Part shown: one piece after another, positions 10,686-19,897 of the stretch
Numbering within the stretch: position 1 is the stretch's first letter
How the letters are laid out: each line of letters opens with the position of its first letter
Origin: Actinomycetota bacterium
GTDB lineage: Bacteria > Actinomycetota > Acidimicrobiia > Spongiisociales > UBA4744
Assembly: GCA_013152275.1 (NCBI GenBank)
Contig: JAADGS010000063.1
Location: 62,001-86,402, forward strand
Direction: 5' to 3'
DNA length: 24,402 bases
The notes under the pieces: model-generated
Told to the model about the DNA's origin: nothing
Seen by the model: only the letters and a program-made list of their open reading frames with translations
The model's database searches: none
Program-made: the position numbers and the translations under genes

Positions 10686-11770
10686 GGCAATCCAAACTGT
10701 CGGATTCCGACGACGATGGTGACGAAGACGAGCCAGGCGAGCGCGGCAGGAATCAAACCCTTCCAACCAAGAACCATGAGCCGGTCGTAGCGGATCCGAG
10801 GCAATGTGGCACGAATCCACATGAACGCGAACAGGACGACGAGCGTCTTGAGGAAGAAGTAGGCGATGGGAAGCAGTGCCGAGATCCACACGGGAATGCG
10901 CCCATCGAAGGTCGGACCGTTCCACCCGCCCAGGAAGAGTGTCGCCGTAATCGCCGACATGTTGAACATGTTGATGTACTCGGCGAGGAAGAAGAACGCG
11001 AACCGGATGCTCGAATACTCGGTATGGAATCCGCCGACGAGTTCCTGCTCGGCCTCCACCATGTCGAACGGCGCCCTGTTGGTCTCGGCCACGCCGGCGA
11101 TGAAGAAGATCACGAACGAGATGAACATGGGGATGATGTTCCACCTGGGAATGACCATCAGGATCGGCCAGCCGAACAGGTCGGCGAACGAGCCGGACTG
11201 CGATGCAACGATCTTCTGGATGGAGAGACTGCCCGAGTAGAACACGACGGGGACGAGGGCGAGTCCCATTGCAGCCTCGTACGAGATTGCCTGTGCGGTA
11301 GCCCGCACACTGCCAAGCAACGGGTATTTCGACCCGGAGGACCATCCTGCCATCACGATCGCGTACACGGCGAGCGAGGAAAACGCGAGGATGTACAGCA
11401 GGCCGATGTTCAGATCGGTTCCCTGGAGACTGATCGTTCGTTCAACGCCACCGAGGGTCACGGTAAACGACCGCCCGATCGGGATCACCAGGAAGATGAG
11501 GAAGGCGGGCACCAACGCGATGACCGGAGCAAGGATGTACATGCCGAACTCGGCTTTGCGCGGAGTGATCGGCTCCTTGAAAAACAGTTTCAATCCGTCG
11601 GCGAGCGTCTGCAGCATTCCCCACGGGCCTGCACGATTCGGTCCGATCCGATTCTGCATGTCGGCAACGACCTTGCGCTCGGCCCAGACGAGCAGCAGAA
11701 CGACCACCAGCAACAGACCGAAGATCACGAGGACCTTGACTGCGGCAATACCCACATCCCACCAATCCAT
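10676..11770 (-). CDS. nuoH: NADH-quinone oxidoreductase subunit H
   Basis: [26 protein letters not shown] and [26 protein letters not shown] motifs. Confidence 0.97.
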   Translation of the reverse strand: MDWWDVGIAAVKVLVIFGLLLVVVLLLVWAERKVVADMQNRIGPNRAGPWGMLQTLADGLKLFFKEPITPRKAEFGMYILAPVIALVPAFLIFLVIPIGRSFTVTLGGVERTISLQGTDLNIGLLYILAFSSLAVYAIVMAGWSSGSKYPLLGSVRATAQAISYEAAMGLALVPVVFYSGSLSIQKIVASQSGSFADLFGWPILMVIPRWNIIPMFISFVIFFIAGVAETNRAPFDMVEAEQELVGGFHTEYSSIRFAFFFLAEYINMFNMSAITATLFLGGWNGPTFDGRIPVWISALLPIAYFFLKTLVVLFAFMWIRATLPRIRYDRLMVLGWKGLIPAALAWLVFVTIVVGIRQFGLPWA

Positions 11771-14202
11771 CAGGCGCTCACCTCCTTGCGAACCGTGATG
11801 GCGAGTCGGTCACCGAGAGACGGTATCCCCGGTTGGTTGAACGGGATGTAGACGACTCCTTGGACGAGCGAAGGATCGAGCACCGCGGGCATCACCGCCG
11901 TGCTCGCAGATGTCTCGACCGTGACCTTGTCTCCCGAAACGATCCCAAGCGTTGCGGCGTCGAGCGGATGCAGATATGCGAACGCTCCCGGCGCGAGGTG
12001 CTGCAGCGACAGTGACCTGCGCATCTCGACACCGTCGTCGTACAGTGTCCTGGCCAGGTGCAGGACCAGAGGCGCGGACGCCGATTCGAGTGCATGATCC
12101 ACAGGCGTGTAGTGCAGTGGCTGATCTGCGTCGGGGCCAGGGATGACGACACCCTCACCGAAGGCAAGTGAGCTCCAGGTGACCCCGGCGTAGGCGGGTG
12201 CCACCTCGGCGATCTCCGCAGCGATCGTCTCTGGACAGTCGAAACCCATCGGAGCGTCGAGCCGACGCGCGATCTCTTCGAGGATGGACCAGTCCGGCTG
12301 CGTCTGGCCGGGGCCTGCGACGACGCGGGTGACCTTTTGCACCCTTCCCTCGAGGTTCGTCGAAGTGCCCTGTTTCTCGGCGAACGCTTCCGCCGGCAAC
12401 ACGACGTCCGCACGTGCCGAGGAGTCCGTGAGAAACAGGTCCAGGGCGACCACGAACTCGGCCTTGTCGAGGGCTTCGGCTGCGAGCGCGCCATCGGGGA
12501 CGTCGCGCACCGGGTCGGCTCCCACCATCACCAACGCCTTCAGGTCGCCGGCAACAAGTCCCTCGAGAACCCCTCGGGTGTCGCGTCCCTCATGGTCGGG
12601 TACCGCTCCGAAATCCGCTTCGAAGGAGGCCACCTGGTCTGCATCGTCGAGCGACACCCTCCCCGGCAACAGCCCGGGCGCAAGTCCCATATCGAGCGCT
12701 CCATAGGTATTCGATCGCCGGACGAGCGGCATGATCTTGGCATCAGGCAGTGTCAGAGCGAAAGCTGCGACCGATTCTGCGAGTCGCGGATCCTCGGTGA
12801 GGCCTGTCCGACCGACGATTGCCACCACCGGACCTTCGCCGAGCACGGCGCGCGCGACCGCGTACTCTCCCTCACCTGCAGCGAGGGCACGCAGCACTTC
12901 AGGTCCCTGGCCGGGACGGTAGGTGATCTTGTGTTTCGTCCGGTCGTCGAGCCCCGTTCTTCGCGGATGTACGACGACCAGTTTCGCGCCGTGTTTCTGC
13001 GCCGCCTGCCGCACCCGCAGGTATAACGAACCGAGCTCTTCCTTCAGGTCCGGCGCCCACAGGAGAATGGAGTTTGCGGCATCGAGATCGGAGATCCGTG
13101 CCCTGCGAACCGCCGCAGCGAGGAGCCTCGGATCGAGGCCGTCGTCCATCTGGGCGTCGACGTGGTTCGAGCCGACGACGGTCCGCATGAACTTGGAGAA
13201 CGCGTAGGCGTCCTCGTTGGTGCCCCGTGCTCCACCAAGGCCCGCGACCGCGGCCCCACCCTCTGCATCGATGATGTCTCTGAGGCGTGCTGCAGTCAGA
13301 TCCAGGGCTTCGGTCCACGAGGCCTCACGGTAGCTGCCGTCTTCGTTCCTGATGAGCGGAACTTCGAGCCGGTCTTCCGAGGCGATGAACTCGAAGCCGA
13401 ACCGGCACTTGTCGCTCAACCAGCCTTGGTTCGTGGCGTCGTTGTCGACACCGTTGAACCGCAGAACCTTGTTCCGACTCGTGTCGATCTCGATGCGGTC
13501 ACCCACGGTGCAGTGATGACACGTCGACTCGGCCCTCTGCAGATCCCATGGCCGTGCCTTGAATCGGTACGGCACCGCGGTGAGCGCGCCAACGGGGCAG
13601 ATCTGGACCGTGTTGCCGGAGAAGTAGGAAGAGAACGGCTCGTTCGGGAATGTGGAGATGTGGGTGTTGTTGCCCCTGGCGGTGAACTCCAGGAGCGCGT
13701 CGCCGGCGACCTCGTCTGCGAAGCGCACACATCGCGAGCACAGAATGCAGCGCTCTCGATCCAAGAGCACGAGATCCGAGACCGGGATGGGCTTTTCATA
13801 GTGGCGCTTCTCCTCGACGAACCGGCTCTCCCCGGGCCCATAGCCGAGGGTCTGGTCCTGGAGGGGACATTCGCCGCCCTTGTCACAGACAGGACAGTCG
13901 AGGGGATGGTTGATGAGGAGGAACTCGAGCACACCTTCTTGCGCCTTCTTGACGACAGGCGTGGTCGTGTGGATCACCTGTCCCTCCGTCGCAGGCAGGA
14001 CGCACGCCGGCGTCAGCACCTTGCCCCGCGGGGTCTCCAACTCGACGAGGCACATCCGGCATATGCCCACGGCGGAGAGCCGCGGGTGGTAGCAGAAATG
14101 GGGAATGTAGATGCCGCCGTCACGCGCTGCATCGATGACCGGCCGGCCCTTCGGGACTTCCAGTTCCCGACCGTCGACAGTGATCTTCACCAGATCAGTC
14201 AA
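11770..14202 (-). CDS. nuoG: NADH-quinone oxidoreductase subunit G
   Basis: N1b (CYH...CRMC...C), N5 (HPLDCPVCDKGGEC) and N4 (CILCSRC...C) motifs. TTG start overlaps the end of nuoF. Confidence 0.96.
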   Translation of the reverse strand: MTDLVKITVDGRELEVPKGRPVIDAARDGGIYIPHFCYHPRLSAVGICRMCLVELETPRGKVLTPACVLPATEGQVIHTTTPVVKKAQEGVLEFLLINHPLDCPVCDKGGECPLQDQTLGYGPGESRFVEEKRHYEKPIPVSDLVLLDRERCILCSRCVRFADEVAGDALLEFTARGNNTHISTFPNEPFSSYFSGNTVQICPVGALTAVPYRFKARPWDLQRAESTCHHCTVGDRIEIDTSRNKVLRFNGVDNDATNQGWLSDKCRFGFEFIASEDRLEVPLIRNEDGSYREASWTEALDLTAARLRDIIDAEGGAAVAGLGGARGTNEDAYAFSKFMRTVVGSNHVDAQMDDGLDPRLLAAAVRRARISDLDAANSILLWAPDLKEELGSLYLRVRQAAQKHGAKLVVVHPRRTGLDDRTKHKITYRPGQGPEVLRALAAGEGEYAVARAVLGEGPVVAIVGRTGLTEDPRLAESVAAFALTLPDAKIMPLVRRSNTYGALDMGLAPGLLPGRVSLDDADQVASFEADFGAVPDHEGRDTRGVLEGLVAGDLKALVMVGADPVRDVPDGALAAEALDKAEFVVALDLFLTDSSARADVVLPAEAFAEKQGTSTNLEGRVQKVTRVVAGPGQTQPDWSILEEIARRLDAPMGFDCPETIAAEIAEVAPAYAGVTWSSLAFGEGVVIPGPDADQPLHYTPVDHALESASAPLVLHLARTLYDDGVEMRRSLSLQHLAPGAFAYLHPLDAATLGIVSGDKVTVETSASTAVMPAVLDPSLVQGVVYIPFNQPGIPSLGDRLAITVRKEVSA

Positions 14203-15493
14203 AAGGGCACCCCCCGCCGTGGATGTGTGCCATCACTTCGTCCTTGAAGTAGCGCGTGATCGACGTGATCGGCGACACCGAGGATGGCCCCAACGGGCAG
14301 ATGGTGGTCATCTTCGGAGGCCACAGGAGGCCCGGGCTGATGTTGTCGGCGACATCCAGAAGAAGGTCCGTGTCGACCTCCCGGCCGGCCCCTTCTTCGA
14401 TGCGGCGCAGGATCATCTCCTCCCAGGTCGTTCCCTCCCGGCAAGGAGTGCACTGGCCGCACGATTCGTGGGCGAAGAACCGCACGACTCGCTCGGCGGC
14501 ACGGACCACACATGTGGTGTCGTCCATGACGATGACCGCGCCCGATCCCAACATCGATCCGGCTTTGCCGCACGCATCCTTGGTGATCTCATCATCGAGG
14601 TGCTGCGACGGCACGAACCAGGGTGCACTGGCACCCCCGGGAATCCAGGTCTTGAGTTCGTTCCCCGCCCGGATCCCGCCGGCGACGTCGAAGATGAGAT
14701 CTCTCCAGGTGATGCCGTGCGGAAGCTCGTAGTTGCCGGGTCGATTCACATGGCCGGACACGGAGAACAGGAACGTGCCCGTGTCGACGTCGTGGCCGAG
14801 CGCTCGATAGGCGTCCGCGCCGTGCTCGAGGATGTAGGGCAGGTTGGAGACCGTCTCGACGTTGTTGACGATCGTCGGCATCATGTAGAGACCCTTGGCG
14901 GCCGGGAAGTAGGGCGGCTTGATGCGGGGTTCGCCGCGCCGGCCTTCGAGGCTGTTGATGAGAGCGGTCTCTTCACCACAGATGTAGGCACCGCCTCCGA
15001 GGTGAACGGTCACTTCCAGTTCGTAATCGGTCCCGAAGATCCCCTTGCCGAGATAGCCCTTGGCATAGGCCTCGGCGAGCGCGCGCTGGACCCGGCGTGC
15101 CGGAAGCGGGTATTCGCCCCGGATATAGATGAACGCCTCGTGAACCTCATTGGCGACCGCCGTGATGACGATGCCCTCGATCATCTGATGGGGATCCCGT
15201 TCGAGAAGTTGGCGGTCTTTGAAGGTTCCCGGCTCCGACTCGTCGCCGTTGACAATCAGGTACGCGGGGCGGGCCGGAGCGAGGAAGCTCCATTTCAGGC
15301 CTGCAGAGAACCCTGCGCCACCGCGTCCGATCAGCCCAGAGGATTTCACCAGTTCGACGAGTTCATCCCTGGTCATATCCATTGCCTTGCGCGCTCCGGC
15401 GTAACCGCCGGTCGCCTCGTACGTCTCCAACGTGTGACTGTCGGATGGGTGCTCGATCATCCGTTTCGTCAACACGAGTGGGTAGGTGCTCAC
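14195..15493 (-). CDS. nuoF: NADH-quinone oxidoreductase subunit F
   Basis: GRGGAGF, DESEPGTFKDR, YICGEETAL and the N3 motif CGQCTPCREG...CPLG. Confidence 0.97.
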   Translation of the reverse strand: MSTYPLVLTKRMIEHPSDSHTLETYEATGGYAGARKAMDMTRDELVELVKSSGLIGRGGAGFSAGLKWSFLAPARPAYLIVNGDESEPGTFKDRQLLERDPHQMIEGIVITAVANEVHEAFIYIRGEYPLPARRVQRALAEAYAKGYLGKGIFGTDYELEVTVHLGGGAYICGEETALINSLEGRRGEPRIKPPYFPAAKGLYMMPTIVNNVETVSNLPYILEHGADAYRALGHDVDTGTFLFSVSGHVNRPGNYELPHGITWRDLIFDVAGGIRAGNELKTWIPGGASAPWFVPSQHLDDEITKDACGKAGSMLGSGAVIVMDDTTCVVRAAERVVRFFAHESCGQCTPCREGTTWEEMILRRIEEGAGREVDTDLLLDVADNISPGLLWPPKMTTICPLGPSSVSPITSITRYFKDEVMAHIHGGGCPFD

Positions 15494-16104
15494 GAGGCAC
15501 CTCCTGCCGTCCTGTAAGGGTCGAACGCGGGGAAGGGGCCGATGGCACCTTGTGGCTCGGAGATCGCCGGATCGAACGAACGTGCGCCGCCGAAGCGCTC
15601 CTGGAGTTCGGCCGCCGTGATGGTCTCCGGCCTGTTCTCACGAAGCCACCTGATCATTGCCGCGACGGCTTCGGACGTGACTCCTTCGACCAGTTCATAG
15701 TTGACCTGGACGGCCGGTGCGCCACCGCAGGCTCCGATGCACTCGACGTGTTCGACGGTGACGACCCCGTCCGCGGCGGTTTCGCCTGCCGGGACACCGG
15801 CTTGCTCCTCGGCCGAACTCATGACATCGTCGGCGCCATTGAGCATGCAGGCGATCGACGTGCAGACCGACACGAGGTACTCGCCTTGTGGAATGAGCTT
15901 GAACATCCCGTAGAAGCTCGCCACCGATTCCACCTGTACCGGTGTCAACCCCGTCAATTCTGCGACCACGCGCATACCGTCTTCGGTCACGTAACCGTCT
16001 TCGCGCATGGCCATGTAGAGCAAGGGCATGATGGCGGATCGCTTTTGTGGGTACCGGTCGGCGAGAGACCGGGCCCGGGCGAGAGTCTCGACGCTCCAGC
16101 TCAT
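15490..16104 (-). CDS. nuoE: NADH-quinone oxidoreductase subunit E
   Basis: [2Fe-2S] motif CTSIAC...ECIGAC and VASFY. Confidence 0.95.
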   Translation of the reverse strand: MSWSVETLARARSLADRYPQKRSAIMPLLYMAMREDGYVTEDGMRVVAELTGLTPVQVESVASFYGMFKLIPQGEYLVSVCTSIACMLNGADDVMSSAEEQAGVPAGETAADGVVTVEHVECIGACGGAPAVQVNYELVEGVTSEAVAAMIRWLRENRPETITAAELQERFGGARSFDPAISEPQGAIGPFPAFDPYRTAGGAS

Positions 16105-16109
16105 GATCC

Positions 16110-16223
16110 GATTCCTGTCAATGCCGGCGTCGAATACCGACGCTCATAGTGACGAGAATCTGGCCTCTGGATTCCTGTCAATGCCGGCGTCGAATACCGA
16201 CGCTCATAGTGACGAGAATCTGG
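16110..16223. repeat. Two identical 54-bp imperfect-palindromic units in tandem (period 60 bp), REP-like
   Basis: GATTCCTGTCAATGCCGGCGTCGAATACCGACGCTCATAGTGACGAGAATCTGG at 16110-16163 and 16170-16223. Confidence 0.95.
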
Positions 16224-16228
16224 TCTTT

Positions 16229-17575
16229 TCATCGGTCCACGTCTCCGATCACCGGGTCAAGCGACGAGATGGTCGCAACCGTGTCTGCGATGAGCGAATC
16301 GGACATGGCGATGGGCAGTGCCTGGAGGTTGCAGAACGATGGCGTCCGCATGTGCATCCGCAACGGATGTGTGCCTCCGTCGGAGACCAGGTATGCGCCC
16401 AGTTCGCCCCTCGGAGATTCGATCGCCACGTACGCTTCGCCTTCGGGCACCTTGAACCCCGCAGTGAAGATCTTGAAATGATGGATCAGTGCTTCCATCG
16501 ACTGGTCGATACGTGCACGGGGCGGCGGGGTCACCTTGCGATCCTCCGTGCGGTAGTCACCTTTGGGCATCGACTCTGCGACCTGGCGCACGATGCCCAG
16601 CGACTGAGTGATCTCCTGCACTCGCACACGGTACCGGTCGTACACATCGCCGTTCTCCCCGACCGGAACCTCGAACTCGTACTGCTCGATCCCGCTGTAG
16701 GGCTGGGATTTGCGCAGATCCCATCCGAGCCCCGTCGCGCGCAGATTCGGGCCGGTCGTCCCGTAGGCCAGGGCCTCCTCGGCAGTGATGATCCCGACAC
16801 CGACCGTGCGCTCCTCCCAGATCGGGTTGTGCCTGAGGAGGTCCTCGTAATCTGCGACGCCGGCGAGCACCTTCTCGATGATGTCTTCGATGTCGGCTTC
16901 CCAGCCGTCAGGAAGGTCCGCGGCGACCCCGCCGGGGCGAATGTAGTTGTGGTTCATCCGCAGCCCCGTGGTCTTCTCGAAGAAGGCGAGAATGGCTTCG
17001 CGGTCGCGAAATCCGTACAGCATCATGGACAGCGCACCGATGTCCATGCCGGCAGTCGCGAGGAACACCTGATGGCTGGTGATCCGATTGAGTTCGGTCA
17101 TGAGGATCCTGATCGCCTGTGCGCGCGGTGGAATCTCGACGCCCAGGAGTTGCTCGACTGCAAGCGAGAATGCGAGCTCGTTGTGCAACGGTGCCAGGTA
17201 GTCCATTCTGGTCACGTTTGTGGGGCCTTGGAGGAAACTGAGCTGCTCGCCGGTTTTCTCCATGCCGGTGTGGAGGTACCCGATGATCGGTTTGGTCCGG
17301 CGAATGATCTCGCCTTCGAGCTCGATCTGCAGGCGCAACACTCCGTGGGTGGAAGGATGCTGCGGCCCCATGTTGATGATCATCAGCTCGTCTTCGGGGA
17401 TCTCTTCCTCCACGACGAAATCGTCATCGACTCGAATGCCCTCCTGCTCGACAAGGCGGCTTTCGGGTTCCTCGATGAACATCTCCTGGGCGCCCTCATC
17501 GGTCGAGTCCTTCACCCACTCGGGTTCTTCGGTCCCGGAGATCCAGATCTCGTGCAGTTGGCGCTCGTCACTCAT
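16229..17575 (-). CDS. nuoD: NADH-quinone oxidoreductase subunit D
   Basis: NMGPQHPSTHGVLRL, GYLHTGMEK, RMDY, ESPRGELG and the C-terminal DVDR. Confidence 0.97.
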   Translation of the reverse strand: MSDERQLHEIWISGTEEPEWVKDSTDEGAQEMFIEEPESRLVEQEGIRVDDDFVVEEEIPEDELMIINMGPQHPSTHGVLRLQIELEGEIIRRTKPIIGYLHTGMEKTGEQLSFLQGPTNVTRMDYLAPLHNELAFSLAVEQLLGVEIPPRAQAIRILMTELNRITSHQVFLATAGMDIGALSMMLYGFRDREAILAFFEKTTGLRMNHNYIRPGGVAADLPDGWEADIEDIIEKVLAGVADYEDLLRHNPIWEERTVGVGIITAEEALAYGTTGPNLRATGLGWDLRKSQPYSGIEQYEFEVPVGENGDVYDRYRVRVQEITQSLGIVRQVAESMPKGDYRTEDRKVTPPPRARIDQSMEALIHHFKIFTAGFKVPEGEAYVAIESPRGELGAYLVSDGGTHPLRMHMRTPSFCNLQALPIAMSDSLIADTVATISSLDPVIGDVDR

Positions 17576-18075
17576 GATGCCTCCGGCGACGATTTGAACT
17601 GGATGGGTACGGACCCGACCCCGTAGTCCTTACGAAGCGGGTGTCCCTCCCATTCGTCGGGGAGCAGAATCCGCGTGAGGTCGGGATGGCCCTCGAACGT
17701 CAGCCCGAACATGTCGTAGGCCTCCCGCTCGTAGAAGTTGGCGCCCGGGTACACGGGCACCAACGAATCGACGTTCATGTCGTCCTCCGGCACCGATGCC
17801 CGCAGACGGACACGAAGATTGTGCCGAAGCGAAAGCAGACCGGCAACGAGTTCGAAGCGAACAGGTCGCTTGCCGAGGTAGTCCACGACGGTCTCGTCGA
17901 CCAGCATCTCGAACCCTGCATCCCGTGCTGCCTGCGCGACTTCGCGCCATCGGTTCTTCGGCACCATGAGCACGTCCTGACCGCTCGACAGCGCCCATTC
18001 GACGTCGTCGAACAGTTCGGCGATCCCACCGATGACGGGATCCGGTGCAGCCATCGGTGTGGTCTCGTCGGCCAT
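17572..18075 (-). CDS. nuoC: NADH-quinone oxidoreductase subunit C
   Basis: EREAYDMFGLTFEGHPDLTRILLPDEWEGHPLRKDY. Start at MADETT (TGATG overlap with the nuoB stop). Confidence 0.95.
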   Translation of the reverse strand: MADETTPMAAPDPVIGGIAELFDDVEWALSSGQDVLMVPKNRWREVAQAARDAGFEMLVDETVVDYLGKRPVRFELVAGLLSLRHNLRVRLRASVPEDDMNVDSLVPVYPGANFYEREAYDMFGLTFEGHPDLTRILLPDEWEGHPLRKDYGVGSVPIQFKSSPEAS

Positions 18076-18545
18076 CAGTGAGCGATCTCTCCGGAGACGA
18101 TCTTTGCCTGGAGGGTGAGAATCCCGTGCATCAGCGACTGTGGCCCTGGTGGACATCCGGGAACATAGATGTCGATCGGCACGATCTCATCGACACCCTG
18201 CACAAGGGCGTAGTTGTTGAACATGCCTCCCGACGACGCGCACGCACCCATCGAGATCACCCACTTCGGTTCGGGCATCTGGTCATAGACCTGCCGCAGC
18301 ACGGGTGCCATCTTCTGCGATACGCGCCCGGCCACGATCATCAGGTCCGCCTGACGGGGCGAAGCGCGAAACACCTCCATACCAAAACGAGCAAGATCGT
18401 AATGTGCGGCACCCGTGGCCATCATCTCGATCGCACAACACGCCAGTCCGAACGTGACCGGCCACATCGACCGAGTCTGCGCCCAATGAGCCAGTTTCTC
18501 GACCGTCGACGTCAGGATGCCGGGAGCACCGCCGGTTGCGGCCAT
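18075..18545 (-). CDS. nuoB: NADH-quinone oxidoreductase subunit B
   Basis: [24 protein letters not shown] and PGCPP (N2 cluster ligands). Confidence 0.97.
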   Translation of the reverse strand: MAATGGAPGILTSTVEKLAHWAQTRSMWPVTFGLACCAIEMMATGAAHYDLARFGMEVFRASPRQADLMIVAGRVSQKMAPVLRQVYDQMPEPKWVISMGACASSGGMFNNYALVQGVDEIVPIDIYVPGCPPGPQSLMHGILTLQAKIVSGEIAH

Positions 18546-18946
18546 TATGCGGCCTCTTCTTCACGGACATATCGGGAACGGCGCTTGACATTCCAATCGA
18601 GCGCTCCGCGCTTCCACACATATCCGAGCGTTTCGATGACGAGGAACGTGAAGATGCCGACCGCCGCAATGCCATACCAGCCCAATTCACGGAACTGGAC
18701 CGCCCATGCGAACAGAAAGATCGTTTCGATGTCGAAGATCACGAACAGCATCGCGACGAGGTAGAACTTGACGGGGAATCGCTGGGCAGGCTCGTGCTCC
18801 GGGACGATACCGCACTCGTACGGTGCAAGCTTCTCCGGTGACGGCTTCTTCGGAGCGATGAGCCAGGAGAGTCCGATGCTGCCGAATCCAAATGCCACTA
18901 CCAGCACAAACATGATGGCGACTGGCAGGTAGTCGGCAAGATTCAC
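18545..18946 (-). CDS. nuoA: NADH-quinone oxidoreductase subunit A
   Basis: [22 protein letters not shown] and KRGALDW. GTG start with a GAAGGAAGGG RBS (alternative TTG at 18952). Confidence 0.96.
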   Translation of the reverse strand: MNLADYLPVAIMFVLVVAFGFGSIGLSWLIAPKKPSPEKLAPYECGIVPEHEPAQRFPVKFYLVAMLFVIFDIETIFLFAWAVQFRELGWYGIAAVGIFTFLVIETLGYVWKRGALDWNVKRRSRYVREEEAA

Positions 18947-18973
18947 GGACAAACCCTTCCTTCGGTCCCCGCA

Positions 18974-19002
18974 AGATTAGAAGTGGTGAGGGACCTGAAC
19001 AA
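18974..19002 (-). promoter_or_regulatory. Putative promoter of the nuo operon
   Basis: Minus strand reads TTGTTC - 17 nt - TAATCT, about 28 nt upstream of nuoA. Confidence 0.45.
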
Positions 19003-19031
19003 AACGCACCGATATCGGCCCGGATCAGCCG

Positions 19032-19739
19032 TCACGATTCTTCATCGCAGTCCAGCGCGGCCGCCACCGCGGCCTGCGCGTGTAATGCCGTCGTATCGAA
19101 CACAGGCACCGGACAGTGCTCTGCGCCGATCAGCATGGCGATCTCGGTACAGCCGAGTATCACACCCTCGGCACCGTCCGAGACGAGTCCATCGACGATC
19201 CTCAAATACTGCGCTCTCGAATCCTCGTTCGTCACGCCGAGACAGAGCTCGTCGAAGATGACGCCGTTGATCAGCGCTCGATCCTCCGGCTTCGGGATGG
19301 CGACGGCGATTCCGTAGTTGCTCTCGAGCCGGCCTCGGTAGAAATCCTGCTCCATCGTGTACCGGGTACCGAGCAGACCAACCGTTCGGAGTCCGGTCGC
19401 GGCGATCGCCCTGCCCGTCGCGTCGGCGATGTGGAGCAATGGGATGGAGACGGCCCCGGCGATCACAGGGGCAACCTTGTGCATGGTGTTGGTCGCCAGG
19501 ATCAGCATCTCTGCACCCGCCGCTTCGGTTCGACGCGCGGCCTGCGCAAGTGCAGCGCCGGCAGCCTCCCAGTCTCCCCTCTGTTGCATCTGCTCGATCG
19601 GCGCGAAGTCGACGGACACAAGCACGAGGTCCGCGCTATGGAGTCCACCGAGCCTGCGGGCCACGTCCTCGTTGATGAGGCGGTAGTAGTCCTGCGTGGA
19701 CCGCCAGCTCATCCCCCCGATGATGCCGATGGTCTTCAT
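19032..19739 (-). CDS. Aspartate/glutamate racemase family protein (YgeA/RacX-like)
   Basis: MKTIGIIGGMSW...YY, ATNTMH, GLLGT and ILGCTEI motifs. Confidence 0.92.
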   Translation of the reverse strand: MKTIGIIGGMSWRSTQDYYRLINEDVARRLGGLHSADLVLVSVDFAPIEQMQQRGDWEAAGAALAQAARRTEAAGAEMLILATNTMHKVAPVIAGAVSIPLLHIADATGRAIAATGLRTVGLLGTRYTMEQDFYRGRLESNYGIAVAIPKPEDRALINGVIFDELCLGVTNEDSRAQYLRIVDGLVSDGAEGVILGCTEIAMLIGAEHCPVPVFDTTALHAQAAVAAALDCDEES

Positions 19740-19747
19740 ACAACTTC

Positions 19748-19799
19748 CGTCAGTCGTCAGTCGTCAGTCGTCAGTCGTCAGTCGTCAGTCGTCAGTCGT
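19748..19799. repeat. Perfect heptamer tandem repeat (CGTCAGT)x7 + CGT
   Basis: Read directly from the sequence; its edge is 8 nt from the racemase ATG. Confidence 0.97.
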
Positions 19800-19832
19800 A
19801 GAGTGTTCCCAACAAGAAGGCACCGCGTCAAT

Positions 19833-19874
19833 CACCGATGACCGAAAACTGAGAACCGATGACTGATAACTGAT
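19833..19874. repeat. Degenerate heptamer tract (NACYGAN x6) in inverse orientation to the CGTCAGT tract
   Basis: CACCGAT GACCGAA AACTGAG AACCGAT GACTGAT AACTGAT, compared with the reverse-complement unit GACTGAC. Confidence 0.8.
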
Positions 19875-19885
19875 CGCTTCTCGCG

Positions 19886-19891
19886 TACGCT
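19886..19891 (+). promoter_or_regulatory. -10 element (TACGCT) of a probable leaderless pncA transcript
   Basis: TANNNT hexamer 6 nt before the ATG at 19898, with no SD sequence. Confidence 0.5.
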
Positions 19892-19897
19892 ACCTGT

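Noticed and set aside
16110..16223. Possible mini CRISPR array
   Set aside because: Only two 54-bp units separated by 6 nt, with no spacer-sized unique sequence and no cas genes.
18984..19002. Possible Rex operator upstream of nuoA (TTGTTCA-GGTCC-CTCACCA on the minus strand)
   Set aside because: The spacer is 5 nt instead of 4 and there are several mismatches to TTGTGAA-N4-TTCACAA, which is too weak to call.
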